Assembly (NCBI GenBank): GCA_963785305.1
Contig: CAWAUV010000008.1
Span: forward strand, 1,248,001 to 1,312,000
Direction: 5' to 3'
DNA: 64,000 nt
Source of the DNA: an uncultured Planctomycetaceae bacterium
Lineage (GTDB): Bacteria > Planctomycetota > Planctomycetia > Pirellulales > PALSA-1355
The translations under genes and the position numbers were made by a program. Shown piece after piece: positions 61,939-64,000 of the stretch. Every line of letters starts with the position of its first letter. Positions within the stretch are counted from its first letter, which is position 1. The notes below the pieces were generated by a model. That model did not search any database and was not told the DNA's origin. It saw only the letters and a list, made by a program, of their open reading frames with translations.

Positions 61939-63237
61939 TTACGCGGAAGAGGAGGCCGCCTGGGCGCGAATCGCCGTGGCCAGCGCCGCCACGCCGCGGG
62001 CAATATTTTCGGCCGACTGCACCCCGAAGCTCAGGCGAATGGTGTGATTCCGCGGGGCCGGCCCCTCGAGGGGGAAACAGTATTCGCCGGGCACATAGAG
62101 CATTCCGCCGGCCAGCGACGCTTGAAACAGCGCGCCATCGAGCCCGGCGTCGAGCCAGTCCGGCAGCCGGAGCCAAAGATAAAGTCCGCCCGAGGGACGG
62201 CCCCAGCGCACGCCCTCGATCGGCGCCGAATGCTCGTCGGCGGCGGCGAGCATCGCGGCGAGCTTCGTTTGATACCGATCGCGCAAGAGCGCCACATGCG
62301 GCTCGAAGTCGCCCGCCTCGAGCACCTCGGCCATCAAATATTGATTGAAAGCCGGCGAGCCGAAGTCGATGTTCCCTTTCAGATCGCGGACCGGGCCGAC
62401 CAACTCCTTGGGCAAGATTCCCCAGCCGACGCGCACTCCGGGCGAGAACGATTTCGAAAACGTCTCGGCCACGATTACCGTGTCGCCGGCCTTGTCGTGG
62501 CTGCGCAAGCTGGGCAGGTCGTCGCGGCCATATCGCAGTTCACGATAGGCGGCGTCTTCGAGAATGTAGATTTTGGCCTTGCGAGAATATCGCTCGATCA
62601 GTTCGACGATCCGCGCTCGCCGCTCCGTGGGCAACGTGACATTGCTCGGGTTGTCGTGATAGCTCGTCACATAGAGCAGCTTCACTCGCGCGAGCCGTCC
62701 CTCGGCCGCGAGCCGCTGGAGCGTCGCCTCGAGCGCTTCGGGCACAAGGCCCTCGTCGTCGGCCTCGATGCCCACGGCCGAGACGCCCAAGCCGGCGAGC
62801 ATGCCGAGAAACACGAAATAAGTGGGCGACGCGCAGAGCACGATATCGCCTGGGTCGAGGAGCACTTCGGCCACGAGCCGCAATAGTTGGTTGCTGCCGG
62901 CGGTGAGCACGACATTGTCGACCGAGAGCCGAGTCGAGGGACGCGACACACCATCGGCGGCGAGATGGCGACCGAGCACGGCGTCGCGCAACTCGGGCAA
63001 GCCGGCCGTCGTGCCATATTGCAGCGCCACTTGGCCGGCGCGTGGCTCGCGGAGCACTCGCGCCGCGGCTCGCGCCGTGGCATCGACCGGCAGCGTGGCC
63101 TGATCGACAAAGCCGGCGGCGAGCGAGATCAGCTCGGGCCGGGCGAGAGCCAAGTGCATGAGCCGCCCAATTGGCTGCTCCCCGCCGCGCGACGCTTGCT
63201 GGCTGAGTCGAGCGCTGGCGGTGGAGAAGGTCGACAT
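61939..63237 (-). CDS. PLP-dependent aminotransferase class I/II (LysN/MocR-like)
   Basis: ISLAAG, ALQYG, DNPS, EDAAY, TFSKSFSPGVRVGW, GGLYLW, IRLSF. Confidence 0.92.
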   Translation of the reverse strand: MSTFSTASARLSQQASRGGEQPIGRLMHLALARPELISLAAGFVDQATLPVDATARAAARVLREPRAGQVALQYGTTAGLPELRDAVLGRHLAADGVSRPSTRLSVDNVVLTAGSNQLLRLVAEVLLDPGDIVLCASPTYFVFLGMLAGLGVSAVGIEADDEGLVPEALEATLQRLAAEGRLARVKLLYVTSYHDNPSNVTLPTERRARIVELIERYSRKAKIYILEDAAYRELRYGRDDLPSLRSHDKAGDTVIVAETFSKSFSPGVRVGWGILPKELVGPVRDLKGNIDFGSPAFNQYLMAEVLEAGDFEPHVALLRDRYQTKLAAMLAAADEHSAPIEGVRWGRPSGGLYLWLRLPDWLDAGLDGALFQASLAGGMLYVPGEYCFPLEGPAPRNHTIRLSFGVQSAENIARGVAALATAIRAQAASSSA

Positions 63238-63416
63238 GGTGTTACCGGGGTTGCAAGAACGACTCGCCAAGCGGGTTGGAGACATCGGGATTCAGCACGG
63301 CAGGATAGGGGAATTCGCCAAAACGGGTCAAGATCGCGTTCGCGTGCTTGCATGGCCGATAGCAAGCAACGGGCCGTCGCCGAGAGACACCGCGGGGAAC
63401 GCAAAGGTTCGCCCGC

Positions 63417-64000
63417 TCAGTCGCGAAGCGCCTCGGTGAGCGATTGGCCGAGTTTCGTGACGCGCATCGTCGCGGTGTTGGCCAGCACCACCACGCCGAC
63501 GCGTCGCGCGGGCAGGATCGCCAGCCAAGCGTGGTAGCCGCCGGTCATGCCGTTGTGAAACCGCATCTCTCCCATGCGGGTTATGTGCCAGCCGAGCCCC
63601 ATCGCCGGGCCGGTGGCGAACTCCCGTCGCCGCTCTGCCGCCAAACGCAGCGCGGCGGTCAAGGCGCGTCGCTCGGGGGTTTCGGGTAGCTTCTCGTCGT
63701 TGGGCGATGGCGCGAGTGCCTCGATGTTGGCCTCGGCGAACAGCAGCATGTCATGGGCTGTCGAGCGAATGCCGCCCGCGCCCTCGAAGAGTGTGAGGTC
63801 CCAGTTGCGCCGCGGCCGTAAATCCTCGCCATGGGGCGGCGCCAAGCGACGGGCCCGCGCTTCATCCAGTCGGATCATGGTGTCGCGCATGGCGAGCGGA
63901 CCGGTAATGCGGGCCGCGAGCATTTGATCGTAGGTCGCGCCGGCGCGCTGCGAGAGCGCCTGGCTTAGGATCGCCGCGCCGAGGTTCGAGTATTCACGCT
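63417..64000 (-). CDS. Serine hydrolase, beta-lactamase class C-like (5' end outside the window)
   Basis: YSNLGAAIL at the window edge, GAGGIRST, GLGW, HNGMTGGY, GVVVLAN. Confidence 0.88.
   Translation of the reverse strand, partial: REYSNLGAAILSQALSQRAGATYDQMLAARITGPLAMRDTMIRLDEARARRLAPPHGEDLRPRRNWDLTLFEGAGGIRSTAHDMLLFAEANIEALAPSPNDEKLPETPERRALTAALRLAAERRREFATGPAMGLGWHITRMGEMRFHNGMTGGYHAWLAILPARRVGVVVLANTATMRVTKLGQSLTEALRD

Noticed and set aside
1..64000. tRNA, rRNA or an integrase marking the island
   Set aside because: None recognised by eye; a tRNAscan or Rfam run would be needed to exclude them.

Overview
GC-rich bacterial chromosomal segment. Gene content (BBP2-type porin, DUF4339 protein, FG-GAP proteins, long FlgL, REP-like repeats) points to a planctomycete. 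Many conserved genes carry single-base frameshifts, most likely long-read or assembly indels. The backbone encodes uvrA, recJ, a MarR plus flavin-dependent halogenase-like pair, a ClpP-like protein, glgC, arfB, an rsmA-riboflavin synthase-pssA-psd-dprA block, a PAS kinase/FixJ-type pair, a Wzm/Wzt polysaccharide locus with a GT4-GH99-like fusion, the flagellar cluster flgF-G-A-H-I-J-N-K-L, ctpA and an LptF/G permease. The standout is a lower-GC accessory island at about 52.15-59.6 kb. There a near-consensus sigma70 promoter precedes an apparent three-gene operon: ribbon-helix-helix protein, two-TM membrane protein, and an approximately 794-aa long prokaryotic Argonaute with an apparently intact D-E-D-D tetrad (one frameshift). 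Convergent to it lie a HExxH (Lit/M48-like) metalloprotease and a truncated SF1 helicase, followed by REP-like hairpins and a nested IS66/IS1380 scar. All family assignments are from motif recognition by eye; no searches were run.
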